A DNA stretch of 59,625 nucleotides, filler included, from 4 parts of 4 records of this genome joined end to end with filler, not necessarily neighbours in it, one strand, 5' to 3'. Positions 11,220 through 22,791 are shown, numbered from the whole stretch's first letter. Made by a program: numbers and translations. Notes: generated by a model not told the origin, from the sequence alone.

Positions 11220-11729
11220 TTAATTGTTTTTTAGATAATCCAAAAGTAAGTCGCTATTAGGCAACGTTTTTACAATTGCTTCTAAAGGAATAAGATCATT
11301 GTGGTCAGCTGACTTGTAAGCCTCATCATGACTAAGACTTTTTAATTTTTGAAACGATAAACTGCCATATTCTTTTAATGCTATATCCAGACATTCTATA
11401 TCTGATTCACTCAAATAATCCCGGTTGGCCTCTCTTGTTGGTATGATACTATAACTTTCTACAGAAAATGCTGATTCAATAGGAATGTCTGGACAGTAAA
11501 AACTATCCCCCCGTGCTATTTTGATAAGATCATATACTCCGCTAGGGACTGGTCCATTGCTCATGGCTATATAATTATCACCACATATTAATCTTCCATA
11601 TTTTGAAAGATGATCTTTATCTGCAAAATACAAAACCTTAAGTGCATTATAGGTGTCGCTGCATTTTTCAACGATGAATAATAGCACTTCGATTGCCTTT
11701 TTGTGATCAAATTTAGACCTTACATTCAT
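11220..11729 (-). CDS. Panacea (DUF4065/SocA-like) domain antitoxin
   Basis: LKVLYFADKDHLSKYGRLICGDNYIAMSNGPVPSGVYD and LSESDIECLD...YG...LKSLSH signature motifs. Confidence 0.88.
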   Translation of the reverse strand: MNVRSKFDHKKAIEVLLFIVEKCSDTYNALKVLYFADKDHLSKYGRLICGDNYIAMSNGPVPSGVYDLIKIARGDSFYCPDIPIESAFSVESYSIIPTREANRDYLSESDIECLDIALKEYGSLSFQKLKSLSHDEAYKSADHNDLIPLEAIVKTLPNSDLLLDYLKNN

Positions 11730-11880
11730 ATTATCCTCAGTGAAAGAAGATAAACAACCATTGGAATTTGTAAATGAAAAGATATTCCAATTTGGTTACT
11801 ATATAAAATAACAATCAATCAGGCTCCAATGTTTCGGAATTATTATCTGTGAAATCAAAATATGAAAATATAGCGGATTA

Positions 11881-12198
11881 TTATTTATGTTTTTGTTCAG
11901 CCGAAAGTTCTTTTAATCTTACATTTATTTTTTCCAAAATTTGCTCAAATTCTTCCGGATTATTTTTATAATACTCCAGATATTCATTGAATGCCTGTTT
12001 ACTCAGCTGATGGTTCTTCAGACTTGAATCCAGATAAGTTGGTGCCAGTTTCGGGTCAGATGAGTCTGCTGTTAACTTTTCAAGATAGTCCTGATAGACA
12101 TTAAAAAAGAGATCTTTATTTTTAGGTCCATCCATCTTTTCACTTTTTGAGCATCCCAAAACAAAAATGACCATAATCAAAAATAACCGTGTCTTCAA
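11881..12198 (-). CDS. Small helical lipoprotein, DUF4296-like
   Basis: TTG start with AGGAGG upstream; lipobox FVLGC; LKNHQLSKQAFNEYLEYYKNNPEEFEQILEKI pattern. Confidence 0.6.
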   Translation of the reverse strand: MKTRLFLIMVIFVLGCSKSEKMDGPKNKDLFFNVYQDYLEKLTADSSDPKLAPTYLDSSLKNHQLSKQAFNEYLEYYKNNPEEFEQILEKINVRLKELSAEQKHK

Positions 12199-12231
12199 TG
12201 TGCCTCCTTTAGTTTGAAAGTATCCTGACAA

Positions 12232-12260
12232 AATTTAATAAAATAAATCGATAATGTCAA
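12232..12260 (-). promoter_or_regulatory. Sigma70-type promoter for the lipoprotein gene
   Basis: TTGACA-N17-TAAATT on the minus strand upstream of the RBS. Confidence 0.55.
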
Positions 12261-12465
12261 GAAGAGGGAGCCAAAAATGGCTTGCTTTTTAAGGCGATTA
12301 TTGATACTTTTTCTGATTAAAACCCAAAGATTCTAACCATTTAAAGGTATCATAAAACTGCCACTATTCAAGTTGACCGCCGAAAATCTGTATCTCGGCT
12401 TTTTTTGTGGCGTTTGCAGTCTGAATCTTTTTTGAACGTTCATTTGTTTCTATCTTGCCATAAAG

Positions 12466-13839
12466 ATGTCTAAATCTAAAAAAGATAATTCTCGCTTCGT
12501 TTGCCAGTCCTGTGGGCATGAATCCTACCGCTGGCTCGGTAAATGTCCATCGTGTGCCGCATGGAACAGTTTTGTTGAAGAAAAGGTGCCTGCTCAGTCA
12601 TCAAAATATGCATCCATCAATTCGGATAAAAAAATAGCTCCTGTTGCATTAAATTCTTTGTCTGTGGATGAAAATCCACGTAGTGCAACCATCAGCCAGG
12701 AATTTAATCGTGTTTTGGGTGGTGGTATTGTAGCCGGCTCTGTCGTTCTAGTGGGAGGCGATCCGGGAATTGGAAAATCAACATTATTACTTCAGGAAGC
12801 AGCTGGATTGAGCAATACCAAATCCAAAGTTCTGTATGTGACTGGTGAGGAATCCGCGAGACAAATTAAAATGAGAGCTGAAAGGCTCAATCTGAACTCA
12901 GAGTTTTTGTTTATTTTACCGGAAACAGAGCTTGAAGCGGCATTAAATGCGATTGAAAAGATAAAACCGCAGCTTGTTATTATCGATTCCATTCAAACCC
13001 TATATACGAATAACCTGGACAGCGCTCCTGGAGGTATCAGCCAGGTTCGTGAATGCGGATTGCAGCTAATCCATCTGGCAAAAACACAGCATATACCCGT
13101 TTTCATTGTCGGACATGTAACAAAAGATGGATACATCGCCGGTCCTAAAGTTTTAGAGCATATGGTAGATGCCTTGCTGTTGTTTGAAGGAGACCGGGAT
13201 CATTTTTATAGAATATTACGCGCTGTTAAAAATCGGTTTGGTTCAACACGGGAAATAGGGGTATTTGAAATGACGGAAACAGGTATGAAGGATGTTCCTA
13301 ATCCATCTGCCGTGTTTCTGGAGGAGAGGAAAACAGAAACAAGTGGTTCTGCTGTGATTTGTTGTATGGAAGGAACAAGGCCAATCCTTGTTGAGTTACA
13401 GGCTTTGGTGAGTCCTTCAAATTATGGTTTACCACAAAGAACCACGACCGGATTGGATAACAAGCGCGTCATGATGCTTTTGGCTGTGCTGGAGAAACGC
13501 ATGGGATATAAGGTTGGCATGATGGATGTATTTGTCAATGCCGTTGGAGGCATGAGGATCGATGAAACAGCTGCTGATTTAGGTGTAGCGGCCTGTATCG
13601 CATCGAGTATGAAAAATCGTTGCGTGGATTCAAATGCTCTCCTGTTAGGCGAAATTGGGTTGGGAGGTGAACTCCGTTCCGTATCGCATATTAGCAGCCG
13701 ATTACTGGAAGCCGAAAAGATGGGATTTCGCAGGGCCGTTATTCCTTCGAGTAACATGAAAAAACTGTCTAAAAATGGAAAAATGACTATTATTCCTGTA
13801 GATACGGCTGGTCGTGCTCTGGAGGCCCTCTTGCAATGA
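12466..13839 (+). CDS. radA: DNA repair protein RadA/Sms
   Basis: CQSCG...GKCPSC zinc finger, GGDPGIGKSTLLLQ, KNRFG motif, Lon-like C-terminus. Confidence 0.98.
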   Translation: MSKSKKDNSRFVCQSCGHESYRWLGKCPSCAAWNSFVEEKVPAQSSKYASINSDKKIAPVALNSLSVDENPRSATISQEFNRVLGGGIVAGSVVLVGGDPGIGKSTLLLQEAAGLSNTKSKVLYVTGEESARQIKMRAERLNLNSEFLFILPETELEAALNAIEKIKPQLVIIDSIQTLYTNNLDSAPGGISQVRECGLQLIHLAKTQHIPVFIVGHVTKDGYIAGPKVLEHMVDALLLFEGDRDHFYRILRAVKNRFGSTREIGVFEMTETGMKDVPNPSAVFLEERKTETSGSAVICCMEGTRPILVELQALVSPSNYGLPQRTTTGLDNKRVMMLLAVLEKRMGYKVGMMDVFVNAVGGMRIDETAADLGVAACIASSMKNRCVDSNALLLGEIGLGGELRSVSHISSRLLEAEKMGFRRAVIPSSNMKKLSKNGKMTIIPVDTAGRALEALLQ

Positions 13840-13880
13840 AAAAAATATATTAAATGAAGTACAGTGGAGGAGAGAGTTAA

Positions 13881-15011
<1,131 letters not shown>

Positions 15012-15040
15012 AAAAAACGACACAATTTTAGGAGGATAAC

Positions 15041-15382
15041 GTGAATACAATAGCATTATGTTTGGCAATGACCGGGCAAGCTGGTGGCACAGGTGGTCAG
15101 GGAAGTACATTTGGTTTTTTTCTACCTCTCATTCTTATCTTTGCAATTATGTACATGCTTGTTTTTCGCCCGCAGGCTAAAAAACAGAAAGAACATAAAA
15201 GTATGCTGGATACCCTGGACAAAGGTGATAAGGTTCAGACAGCCGGTGGTATTTTTGGTACAGTTGCTGGTATCAAAGAAAAGGAAAATATCATTATTTT
15301 GCAAATTGCCAAGGATGTAAAAATTGAGGTCTCAAAATCATCCATTGCAAGAAAATTCACCACTGAAGCGGTAAAAAAATAA
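15041..15382 (+). CDS. yajC: Preprotein translocase subunit YajC
   Basis: TM helix then RPQAKKQKEH, GDKVQTAGGIFGTV; follows tgt; AGGAGG RBS. Confidence 0.95.
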   Translation: MNTIALCLAMTGQAGGTGGQGSTFGFFLPLILIFAIMYMLVFRPQAKKQKEHKSMLDTLDKGDKVQTAGGIFGTVAGIKEKENIIILQIAKDVKIEVSKSSIARKFTTEAVKK

Positions 15383-15392
15383 GATATCTGTT

Positions 15393-16325
15393 ATGAATAT
15401 TATTTTTATGGGATCACCAGATTTTGCTGTTCCCGGATTGAAGAAAATTCTCGATAGCCGGCACAAGGTTCTCGCTGTAGTCACTGTTGCAGATAAACCT
15501 GCCGGCAGAGGGAAAAAAATACGCTCTTCTGCGGTAAAAAAATTCGCTGAAGAGCAGGGATTGCCTGTTCTCCAGCCGGAAAAGTTAAAAGCCCCGGAAT
15601 TTCTCGAGGAGCTGAAAGCTTTTAATGCGGATTTGTTTGTTGTTGTGGCTTTTCGAATATTACCACCAGATGTTTTTAAGATGCCTGAAAAGGGTACTAT
15701 AAACGTGCATGCGTCGCTGTTACCAGCCTATCGTGGCGCTGCACCTATCCAATGGGCTCTCATTAATGGAGAAGACCGTACAGGTGTAACCACTTTTTTT
15801 ATCGATGAAAAGGTTGATACGGGCGAAATTCTTTTAAAGAAAGAGACGGACATTACCTTTCAAATGACGGCCGGCGAATTACATGATAAATTAGCCCTAC
15901 TTGGAGCGGAAGCCCTCATTGAAACTATTGATGGTATTGATTCCGGTCAATTAAAGCCACAACCACAATCCGGACAAGTAACGAGCGCACCCAAGATCAC
16001 CAAAGAGTTGGGACGAATTGATTGGTCCAGACAGGCACAGGACATTCACAATCTTGTGCGTGGTTTATCGCCTTATCCTGGCAGTTATACTTTTCTCAAC
16101 GGCAAGTTACTCAAAGTGCTCAGTAGTCGGATTAAGGAAACAGATGACCGGGAACACGATAAGCCAGGTTTGATAGTTGGGATTAACAAGAATGGTCCAA
16201 TCGAGGTTCAAACAGGCCAGGGAGTTCTCTGTTTAGCGGAGGTCCAACCTGAGGGTAAGCGCGCCATGGGTGCAGGAGAGTTTATCAGAGGATCCCGATT
16301 ACAGGTGGGAGATAAACTTGAATGA
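15393..16325 (+). CDS. fmt: Methionyl-tRNA formyltransferase
   Basis: IFMGSPDFAV, NVHASLLPAYRGAAPIQWA, VQPEGKRAM. Confidence 0.98.
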   Translation: MNIIFMGSPDFAVPGLKKILDSRHKVLAVVTVADKPAGRGKKIRSSAVKKFAEEQGLPVLQPEKLKAPEFLEELKAFNADLFVVVAFRILPPDVFKMPEKGTINVHASLLPAYRGAAPIQWALINGEDRTGVTTFFIDEKVDTGEILLKKETDITFQMTAGELHDKLALLGAEALIETIDGIDSGQLKPQPQSGQVTSAPKITKELGRIDWSRQAQDIHNLVRGLSPYPGSYTFLNGKLLKVLSSRIKETDDREHDKPGLIVGINKNGPIEVQTGQGVLCLAEVQPEGKRAMGAGEFIRGSRLQVGDKLE

Positions 16326-16351
16326 CGAGATTTTAGAACGAAATTAACCAT

Positions 16352-17696
16352 ATGGAAAAACGTAAAAAAGGTTTGAGTCCTGCCAGGCTGTTAGCTTATC
16401 AGGCCTTAAAACGGGTTGAACAGGACAATGCTTATGTAGATATTGTATTGTCCCAATTGTCAGCCGATCCATCGCTAAACGACCGTGATCGTGCATTGCT
16501 TAATGAACTGGTCAGGGGTACGGTGAAATGGAAAAAGAGGCTTGACTGGATTGTCAAACAATTATGGGGATTGAAAAAAGCCACCCAACAGGCATGAATG
16601 GATCTTGTGGCTCGCTCTTTATCAACTTTGTTTTTTGGATAATGTTCAGGAATTTGCTGTTGTATACGAATCCGTGGAATTGACCAAAAAGGTGCTCAAT
16701 CCATACTGGAGCCGCGTGACAAATGGTATTTTAAGGTCCTATTTACGCCATCCGGATAAAATTGAATTTCCGGATGAAAAAAAGAATCCAGCATTGTCGA
16801 TTGCAATCAGGATGTCTCATCCGGTTTGGCTTGTTGAACGCTGGTTGCAACAATTTGGATTGGAGAGTACCCTGAAACTGTGTCAGGCCAATAATGAGAC
16901 ACCCCCTTTGTGCGTTCGATATAATTCTTGTCAGGTAAATGTAACGCAATTTGAAGATGTGCTCACGAATGCACATGTTGAGTTTCAAAAATCAATAGTA
17001 CCGGGATTTTATCGGCTAAAGACCTTTTCCTGGAATAATATTAAGGAGCTGTTGAATAAGGGGCTGTTGACTGTTCAGGATGAGAGTGCTGCTTTACCTG
17101 TGTATTTAGCTGATCCTTCACGGGATGAGACAATATTCGATCTCTGTGCTGCCCCAGGTGGAAAAACAACCTTTTTGGCTGAATTATCAAACAATCAGGC
17201 CCATATACTTGCGGGCGATGTGAATCCTTCCCGGATTCGTCTCGTAAGAGAGAATAGAGATCGTTTGAAATTAAATTCTGTGAAAACGATTGTTGCTGAT
17301 GGAATGCATTTTCCAGGGCGCATGGCAGATACGGTTCTACTGGATGCACCGTGTTCAGGTCTGGGTGTTTTACGCAAGAAACCTGATCTTCGTTGGAAGA
17401 GGAAACCAAAAGATGTGAAAGAATTAGTTCAACTGCAAAAACGATTCATCGATTCTGCAGCCAGATATGTCAAAAAGGGCGGAAAATTGATCTATAGTAC
17501 CTGTACTATAGAACCGGAAGAGAACGAAAACGTTATTCTGGATTTTTTGCAAAAAAGACCTTATTTTAAAGTGGCGTTTTCATCCAAAACTATAGAGTTT
17601 GAATCATTTGTAAATTCCAGGGATATGATTCAGACCTTCCCGCATGTGCATGATATGGATGGTAGTTTTGCTGTTAAACTAATCAGGGTAGATTAA
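16352..17696 (+). CDS. rsmB: 16S rRNA m5C967 methyltransferase RsmB/Sun (split by frameshift near 16565-16580)
   Basis: NusB-like N-terminal part in 16352-16597; SHPVWLV, VQDESA, DLCAAPGGKT, LDAPCSGLG, YSTCT in 16605-17696; follows fmt. Confidence 0.92.
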
Positions 17697-17702
17697 TAGG
17701 AT

Positions 17703-18488
17703 ATGAAAAAAGTCGTGAATTTGAATAAACAAGACGTTATCAAGTGGCTCAGATACACTGGGATAGGTTTGGTAAGTATTTTTGTGCTGTATTATATTAT
17801 GGATTTGATTGTCATGCCGGTTTATACGCGACAATTTTTTTCTCTTCGCGTGCCGAATGTGACGCATCTTTCCTATGATGCTGCCTATAAAATATTGACA
17901 AAATCCGGATTAAAGGTTGTAAAAGGTGGTGAAAAGTATGACGAGAACTATCCTTCAGGATTCGTGCTTTTCCAAAATCCCGGTCCGGATTCCCATGTGA
18001 AAAAAGGTAGACGGGTTTATTTGATTTTAGGAAAGGGCCATCGTGTATTTAAAATGCCAAGACTCGTGGGAATGGCATTAAGGGATGTTAAATTTAAACT
18101 AAAAGATTTACAGCTCGTGCTTGGTCATATCGAATACGAAAGTGATTATTACTATCCCGAAGGAGTGGTCAGTTCTCTTTCCATTGAAGAAGATACAGAC
18201 GTTGCCGTTGGAGAGAGAATAAATATGACTGTCAGCCTTGGAGCTGAACCCACTGTCTTTATCGTACCAGATCTACTTGGTAAATCAGTTGGTGATGCAT
18301 CATTGGCAGTTAAAAAGGCAGGTTTAACTTTAGGCAGTTTGAGGAAGCAAGAGACAGACAAGCTCATTCCCAATACTGTTATTAAACAATCTTTGGATGT
18401 CGGTTTGCAGGTATCCAAAGGCGATACAATTGATCTTTACATTAGTCAACTTCCAAACAAAAATTCTCAGGAAGAATCAAAATGGTAA
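17703..18488 (+). CDS. Membrane-anchored PASTA-domain protein (three repeats)
   Basis: N-terminal TM; VPNVTH, MPRLVG, VPDLLG repeat starts; between rsmB and rpe. Confidence 0.9.
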   Translation: MKKVVNLNKQDVIKWLRYTGIGLVSIFVLYYIMDLIVMPVYTRQFFSLRVPNVTHLSYDAAYKILTKSGLKVVKGGEKYDENYPSGFVLFQNPGPDSHVKKGRRVYLILGKGHRVFKMPRLVGMALRDVKFKLKDLQLVLGHIEYESDYYYPEGVVSSLSIEEDTDVAVGERINMTVSLGAEPTVFIVPDLLGKSVGDASLAVKKAGLTLGSLRKQETDKLIPNTVIKQSLDVGLQVSKGDTIDLYISQLPNKNSQEESKW

Positions 18489-19141
18489 AAATTGCTCCAT
18501 CCGTACTTAGCGTCGATTTCTCAAAACTCTCTGAACAAGTTAAAATGGCTGTTGATGGCGGTGCCGATTGGATTCATTTGGATGTCATGGATGGTCATTT
18601 TGTCCCCAATATTACATTTGGACCATTTATCATTGAGGGAATACGAAAACTGACTGATCTGCCCCTTGATGTTCATTTGATGATTGAAAATGCAGATCGT
18701 TATTTGACTGATTTTAAAAATGCCGGAGCGGATTATATTACGGTTCATTATGAAGCGTGTCCGCACTTGTGGAGTACAATAGATACGATACATGAGTTAG
18801 GAATCAATGCCGGTGTGACACTAAATCCAGCCACGCCTATTCAGTTATTGGATCCGGTTCTAGAAAGGGTCGATCTCGTACTGGTGATGTCTGTTGAGCC
18901 CGGATTTGGCGGACAAAAGTTTATCAAGCAATCTGTAGAAAAAATATCTTATTTAAGTGATGTGAAACAGGCAAATGGTTATAACTACGAGATAGAGGTC
19001 GATGGAGGTATTGACCCTGATACGGCAAAACTTGTATCAAAAGCCGGTGCCACTGTTTTAGTCGCTGGTAGTTCTGTATTTAAAAGTGCGAATATTCCTG
19101 CTGCCATTACAAATCTTCGGCAATCGGCACAATCAGGATAG
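18482..19141 (+). CDS. rpe: Ribulose-phosphate 3-epimerase
   Basis: IAPSVLS, HLDVMDGHFVPNITFG, MSVEPGFGGQKF, EVDGGI. Confidence 0.98.
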   Translation: MVKIAPSVLSVDFSKLSEQVKMAVDGGADWIHLDVMDGHFVPNITFGPFIIEGIRKLTDLPLDVHLMIENADRYLTDFKNAGADYITVHYEACPHLWSTIDTIHELGINAGVTLNPATPIQLLDPVLERVDLVLVMSVEPGFGGQKFIKQSVEKISYLSDVKQANGYNYEIEVDGGIDPDTAKLVSKAGATVLVAGSSVFKSANIPAAITNLRQSAQSG

Positions 19142-19200
19142 TTAGCTGACTAACAAATGAAAATGGTTGGTTAACTTCTTGAAAAAATATAAAATAACAC

Positions 19201-19229
19201 TTGACAAATTATGAGGCCCTTTATATATT
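19201..19229 (+). promoter_or_regulatory. Sigma70-type promoter upstream of the cold-shock gene
   Basis: TTGACA-N17-TATATT. Confidence 0.65.
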
Positions 19230-19476
19230 AATATGATATTGCCAGGTTATCTGAATTGAGAAAAATTCTATCAGGTTCTCACCATCAGATGACCTAGTGT
19301 GTCGTATCTTTATCTCACCGGAACGTTAACATTCTATAGAACTCGTTAGTTTCTTAACTGGTATGGGGCCTCAGCCAGATACTAAAATCAGATACGAGGG
19401 GTGAGTTGAATTAATTTATTATGTTTTAAAATGTGGAGGCAATTACTTTCGTAAAAAAGTCAGGAGGGAGCCATCA

Positions 19477-19677
19477 ATGCACAAAGGGACAGTTAAATGG
19501 TTTAACGATTCCAAGGGTTATGGATTCATTGAGCAGAATGAAGGGGACGATATTTTTGTTCACTATTCTGTAATTGACATGGATGGTTTTAGAACTTTGC
19601 AGAAGGGTAGCGAAGTAGAATTTGAAGCTATTCCGGGTGATAAAGGGTTGCATGCTACTAAAGTCAATAGAGTGTAG
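19477..19677 (+). CDS. Cold-shock domain protein (CspA family)
   Basis: GTVKWFNDSKGYGFI (RNP1), DIFVHYS (RNP2); 66 aa. Confidence 0.96.
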   Translation: MHKGTVKWFNDSKGYGFIEQNEGDDIFVHYSVIDMDGFRTLQKGSEVEFEAIPGDKGLHATKVNRV

Positions 19678-19712
19678 ATTGTCGCGTGGATAAAAAAGTT
19701 CTTTGAAGGTTC

Positions 19713-19743
19713 AAACCCCGCACGATTTGTGGGGTTTTTATTT
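19713..19743 (+). terminator. Intrinsic terminator after the csp gene
   Basis: AAACCCCGCA-loop-TGTGGGGTTT followed by a T tract. Confidence 0.8.
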
Positions 19744-19755
19744 ATAATAAAAAAA

Positions 19756-19855
19756 NNNNNNNNNNNNNNNNNNNNNNNNNNNNNNNNNNNNNNNNNNNNT
19801 TAATTAATTAANNNNNNNNNNNNNNNNNNNNNNNNNNNNNNNNNNNNNNNNNNNN
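19756..19855. other. Assembly gap / artificial contig linker
   Basis: N run containing TTAATTAATTAA. Confidence 0.98.
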
Positions 19856-20302
19856 AAAAAACCCTGGAAGCAAAAAGGTAGAGGTACCGCGCGATCTGGT
19901 ACAAACCGTTCGCCTATTTGGACAGGTGGAGGCACAGCGCATGGACCACAACCGCATGAGTTCAGTAGCAAGTTACCTAAAAAAGTGAAAAGATTAGCCA
20001 GAATTTCTGTTCTTTCAGTAAAAACGAAAACTTCTGCTTTGAAGGTACTTGAAGATTTTCAACTTGAAGCTGCCAAAACAAAAGAAATCGCTTCTGTATT
20101 AAAGGGTTTCAGTCTGGAAAATAAAAAGACTTTAATGTTAGTTCCCGAATACGATCCGAACCTGATTTTGGCCAGTCGAAATATTAAAAATTTCAATATT
20201 GCTATTGTTACTGATGCCTCGACATACGACTTGTTGAATTGTAAGACATTGCTTGTAATGGAAAGTGCCATAAAAAAGTTGGAAGGTAATTTAGGATCAT
20301 GA
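19856..20302 (+). CDS. rplD: 50S ribosomal protein L4 (5' truncated by gap)
   Basis: Frame open from 19856: KKPWKQKGRGTARSGTNRSPIWTGGGTAHGPQP... Confidence 0.95.
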   Translation, partial: KKPWKQKGRGTARSGTNRSPIWTGGGTAHGPQPHEFSSKLPKKVKRLARISVLSVKTKTSALKVLEDFQLEAAKTKEIASVLKGFSLENKKTLMLVPEYDPNLILASRNIKNFNIAIVTDASTYDLLNCKTLLVMESAIKKLEGNLGS

Positions 20303-20607
20303 AAAAAGATCGTCCAATTCTTGTCAGACCTATTTTAACAGAAAAAATGTTAAAACAGCAAGAAACTGAAGATAAATATGGCTTTGTCGTAAGCAAAGAC
20401 TCTAATAAAATAGAGATCAAGAATGCTGTCGAGAAAAAATTTGATGTTACAGTCGACAGTGTAAAAACTGCCAACGTTTTAGGCAAAGCAAAAAAAATGA
20501 ATACCAAAAGGGGTATTACGAGAGGTAAGAGATCGGACTGGAAAAAGGCCATTGTTAAGCTTCGCAAGGGCGATACCATCGATTTCTTTGAAGGATCCAA
20601 CGCCTGA
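20299..20607 (+). CDS. rplW: 50S ribosomal protein L23
   Basis: RPILTEK, NKIEIKNAVEKKFDV, WKKAIVKL; operon order. Confidence 0.97.
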   Translation: MKKDRPILVRPILTEKMLKQQETEDKYGFVVSKDSNKIEIKNAVEKKFDVTVDSVKTANVLGKAKKMNTKRGITRGKRSDWKKAIVKLRKGDTIDFFEGSNA

Positions 20608-20631
20608 TAGGCGAGTTCGAGGAGAAAATAA

Positions 20632-21453
20632 ATGCCAGTTAAAACATTTAAACCGACTACTCCAAGCTCACGTTTTAAGAGTGTCAATTCGTTCGAAGAT
20701 ATTACGGACGCTACCCCTGTACGTTCTCTTATGAAGCCTATCAAAAAATCAGGTGGGCGTAATAATTTGGGTAGAATAACCTCGAGGCGACGAGGTGGTG
20801 GTCATAAACGATTTTACCGGATAATCGATTTTAAAAGAAATAAAATGGATATCCCGGCAAAGGTAGCGGCGATTCAATACGATCCCAATAGAAGTGCCTT
20901 TATTGCCCTGTTGAATTATGCTGACGGTGAGAAACGATATATTTTATGGCCAATTGGTCTTAAAGTTGGTGACACCGTAATGGCGGGCATGGTCACAGAA
21001 ATCGCTGTTGGAAATGCAATGCCACTTGAGAAAATCCCTCTGGGTACGTTTGTGCACAACATTGAGCTTAAAAAGGGTAAAGGTGGACAAATTGCGCGCG
21101 GAGCTGGAACTTATGCTCAGCTGATGGCTAAAGAAGGTGGTTATGCTCAGTTAAGACTTCCTTCCGGTGAAGTTAGAATGGTGAGAATTGAGTGCTTCGC
21201 AACGATTGGCCAGGTCGGAAATACAGAACATGAAAATATTGAGTTGGGTAAAGCAGGTCGTTCCAGATGGCTTGGTAGAAGACCCAAGGTCCGTGGCGTT
21301 GCCATGAACCCGGTAGATCACCCAATGGGTGGTGGAGAAGGTAAAAGCTCTGGTGGTCGTCACCCCTGTACTCCTTGGGGAAAGCCGACTAAGGGATACA
21401 AGACACGAAAGAATAAACCATCAGATTCATTGATAGTAAAACGAAGAAAATAA
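20632..21453 (+). CDS. rplB: 50S ribosomal protein L2
   Basis: [33 protein letters not shown]. Confidence 0.99.
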   Translation: MPVKTFKPTTPSSRFKSVNSFEDITDATPVRSLMKPIKKSGGRNNLGRITSRRRGGGHKRFYRIIDFKRNKMDIPAKVAAIQYDPNRSAFIALLNYADGEKRYILWPIGLKVGDTVMAGMVTEIAVGNAMPLEKIPLGTFVHNIELKKGKGGQIARGAGTYAQLMAKEGGYAQLRLPSGEVRMVRIECFATIGQVGNTEHENIELGKAGRSRWLGRRPKVRGVAMNPVDHPMGGGEGKSSGGRHPCTPWGKPTKGYKTRKNKPSDSLIVKRRK

Positions 21454-21466
21454 TAGGACTAATGTA

Positions 21467-21747
21467 ATGGCAAGATCGCTTAAAAAAGGGCCTTATATTG
21501 ATCAAAAATTGATGGGCAAGATCGACGATCTGAACACAAAAATCAAAAAAAAGTGATCAAAACCTGGTCGAGAAGATCTACAATACCACCCGAATTTGTT
21601 GGTCATACTCTTGCTGTCCATAATGGTAATAAATTTATCCCTGTGTTTATTACTGAAAATATGGTTGGTCACAAATTAGGTGAGTTTTCGCCTACGAGGA
21701 CGTTCAGAGGTCACATTGACAGAAAGTCAGACAAGTCGAAACGTTAA
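21467..21747 (+). CDS. rpsS: 30S ribosomal protein S19 (apparent 1-base frameshift in A-runs ~21538-21552)
   Basis: [12 protein letters not shown] from ATG 21467 in one frame; [10 protein letters not shown]...[11 protein letters not shown] in the next. Confidence 0.95.
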
Positions 21748-21790
21748 TAACTAGTTTTGAAAACAAATATTTATCTCGGAGATATATTCA

Positions 21791-22138
21791 ATGGAAGCAA
21801 CGGCGATTGCGAAATGGGTGAGAACTTCACCGTTAAAAGTTAGAAGAGTCGCCAACTTGGTACGCGGTAAACAAGTTAATGACGCAATAAATATTTTGCA
21901 TTTTAACAACACTGGTGCCTCTGTTCCGCTTGAAAAAGCTCTTCGTTCGGCGGTTGCGAACTTTATGAATAAGGAAGAAGCTTCAAAAGTCACTCCAGAA
22001 GATCTTTATGTGAAAGAATTGAGGATTGATGGTGGGCTTACGATGAAGAGATTTCGTGCTGCATCGATGGGCAGAGCTTCACGGATCAGAAAAAGATCCT
22101 GTCATATTTCAGTTGTTGTCGCAGAAGTAGAGAAATAA
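21791..22138 (+). CDS. rplV: 50S ribosomal protein L22
   Basis: SPLKVRRVANLVRGK, SAVAN, GRASRIRKRSCHI. Confidence 0.98.
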   Translation: MEATAIAKWVRTSPLKVRRVANLVRGKQVNDAINILHFNNTGASVPLEKALRSAVANFMNKEEASKVTPEDLYVKELRIDGGLTMKRFRAASMGRASRIRKRSCHISVVVAEVEK

Positions 22139-22155
22139 AAAAGTAGGAGAAAAGT

Positions 22156-22791
22156 TTGGGACAAAAAGTAAACCCAACAGGATTTCGAGTCGGCGTCATA
22201 AGAGGTTGGGATTCAAACTGGTTCGATGAAAAAGATTTCGATGCCAAGTTGAAAGAAGATTTGATGCTCCGACGCTATGTTTATAACCGATTACAACGAG
22301 CAAGTGTTTCAAAAATTGAAATTGAACGCACTGCCAAACAAATTAGGTTATCTATACATACTGCAAGGCCAGGTATTGTAATTGGACGCAAGGGAGCAGA
22401 AGTTGACAAGCTGAAGGAAGAGTTACAGCGAATTACAGGTAAGGATATTCAGCTTAATATTAATGAAATAAAGCGTCCTGAACTTGATGCCTATCTGGTT
22501 GCTGAGAATATTGCTAATCAATTAGCAGGAAAAATTTCCTTTAGACGTGCTATGAAAAAAGCAATTATGTCTGCCATGAGAATGGGCGCAGAAGGAATCA
22601 GAATCAGTTGCTCTGGTCGATTAGGTGGCGCAGAAATGGCCCGACGGGAACAGTATAAGGAAGGTCGTATACCGCTACACACGTTGCGCGCCGATATTGA
22701 CTATGCCACTGCTATTTCCAAAACAACTTATGGCACCATTGGTGTTAAGGTTTGGATCTGTAAAGGCGAAATCATAGGAAATCAGGAATAA
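22156..22791 (+). CDS. rpsC: 30S ribosomal protein S3 (TTG start)
   Basis: [35 protein letters not shown]. Confidence 0.98.
   Translation: MGQKVNPTGFRVGVIRGWDSNWFDEKDFDAKLKEDLMLRRYVYNRLQRASVSKIEIERTAKQIRLSIHTARPGIVIGRKGAEVDKLKEELQRITGKDIQLNINEIKRPELDAYLVAENIANQLAGKISFRRAMKKAIMSAMRMGAEGIRISCSGRLGGAEMARREQYKEGRIPLHTLRADIDYATAISKTTYGTIGVKVWICKGEIIGNQE

Noticed and set aside
19241-19405. 6S RNA or a known riboswitch upstream of csp
   Set aside because: No single long rod with central bubble, and no conserved aptamer motif recognised by eye.
19800-19811. TTAATTAATTAA repeated three times in the window
   Set aside because: Always centred in 100-bp N gaps; an artificial six-frame stop linker.
21538-21552. 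Programmed frameshifting or phase variation in rpsS and other split genes
   Set aside because: Runs are short, affect unrelated and essential genes alike, and fit a platform error pattern.
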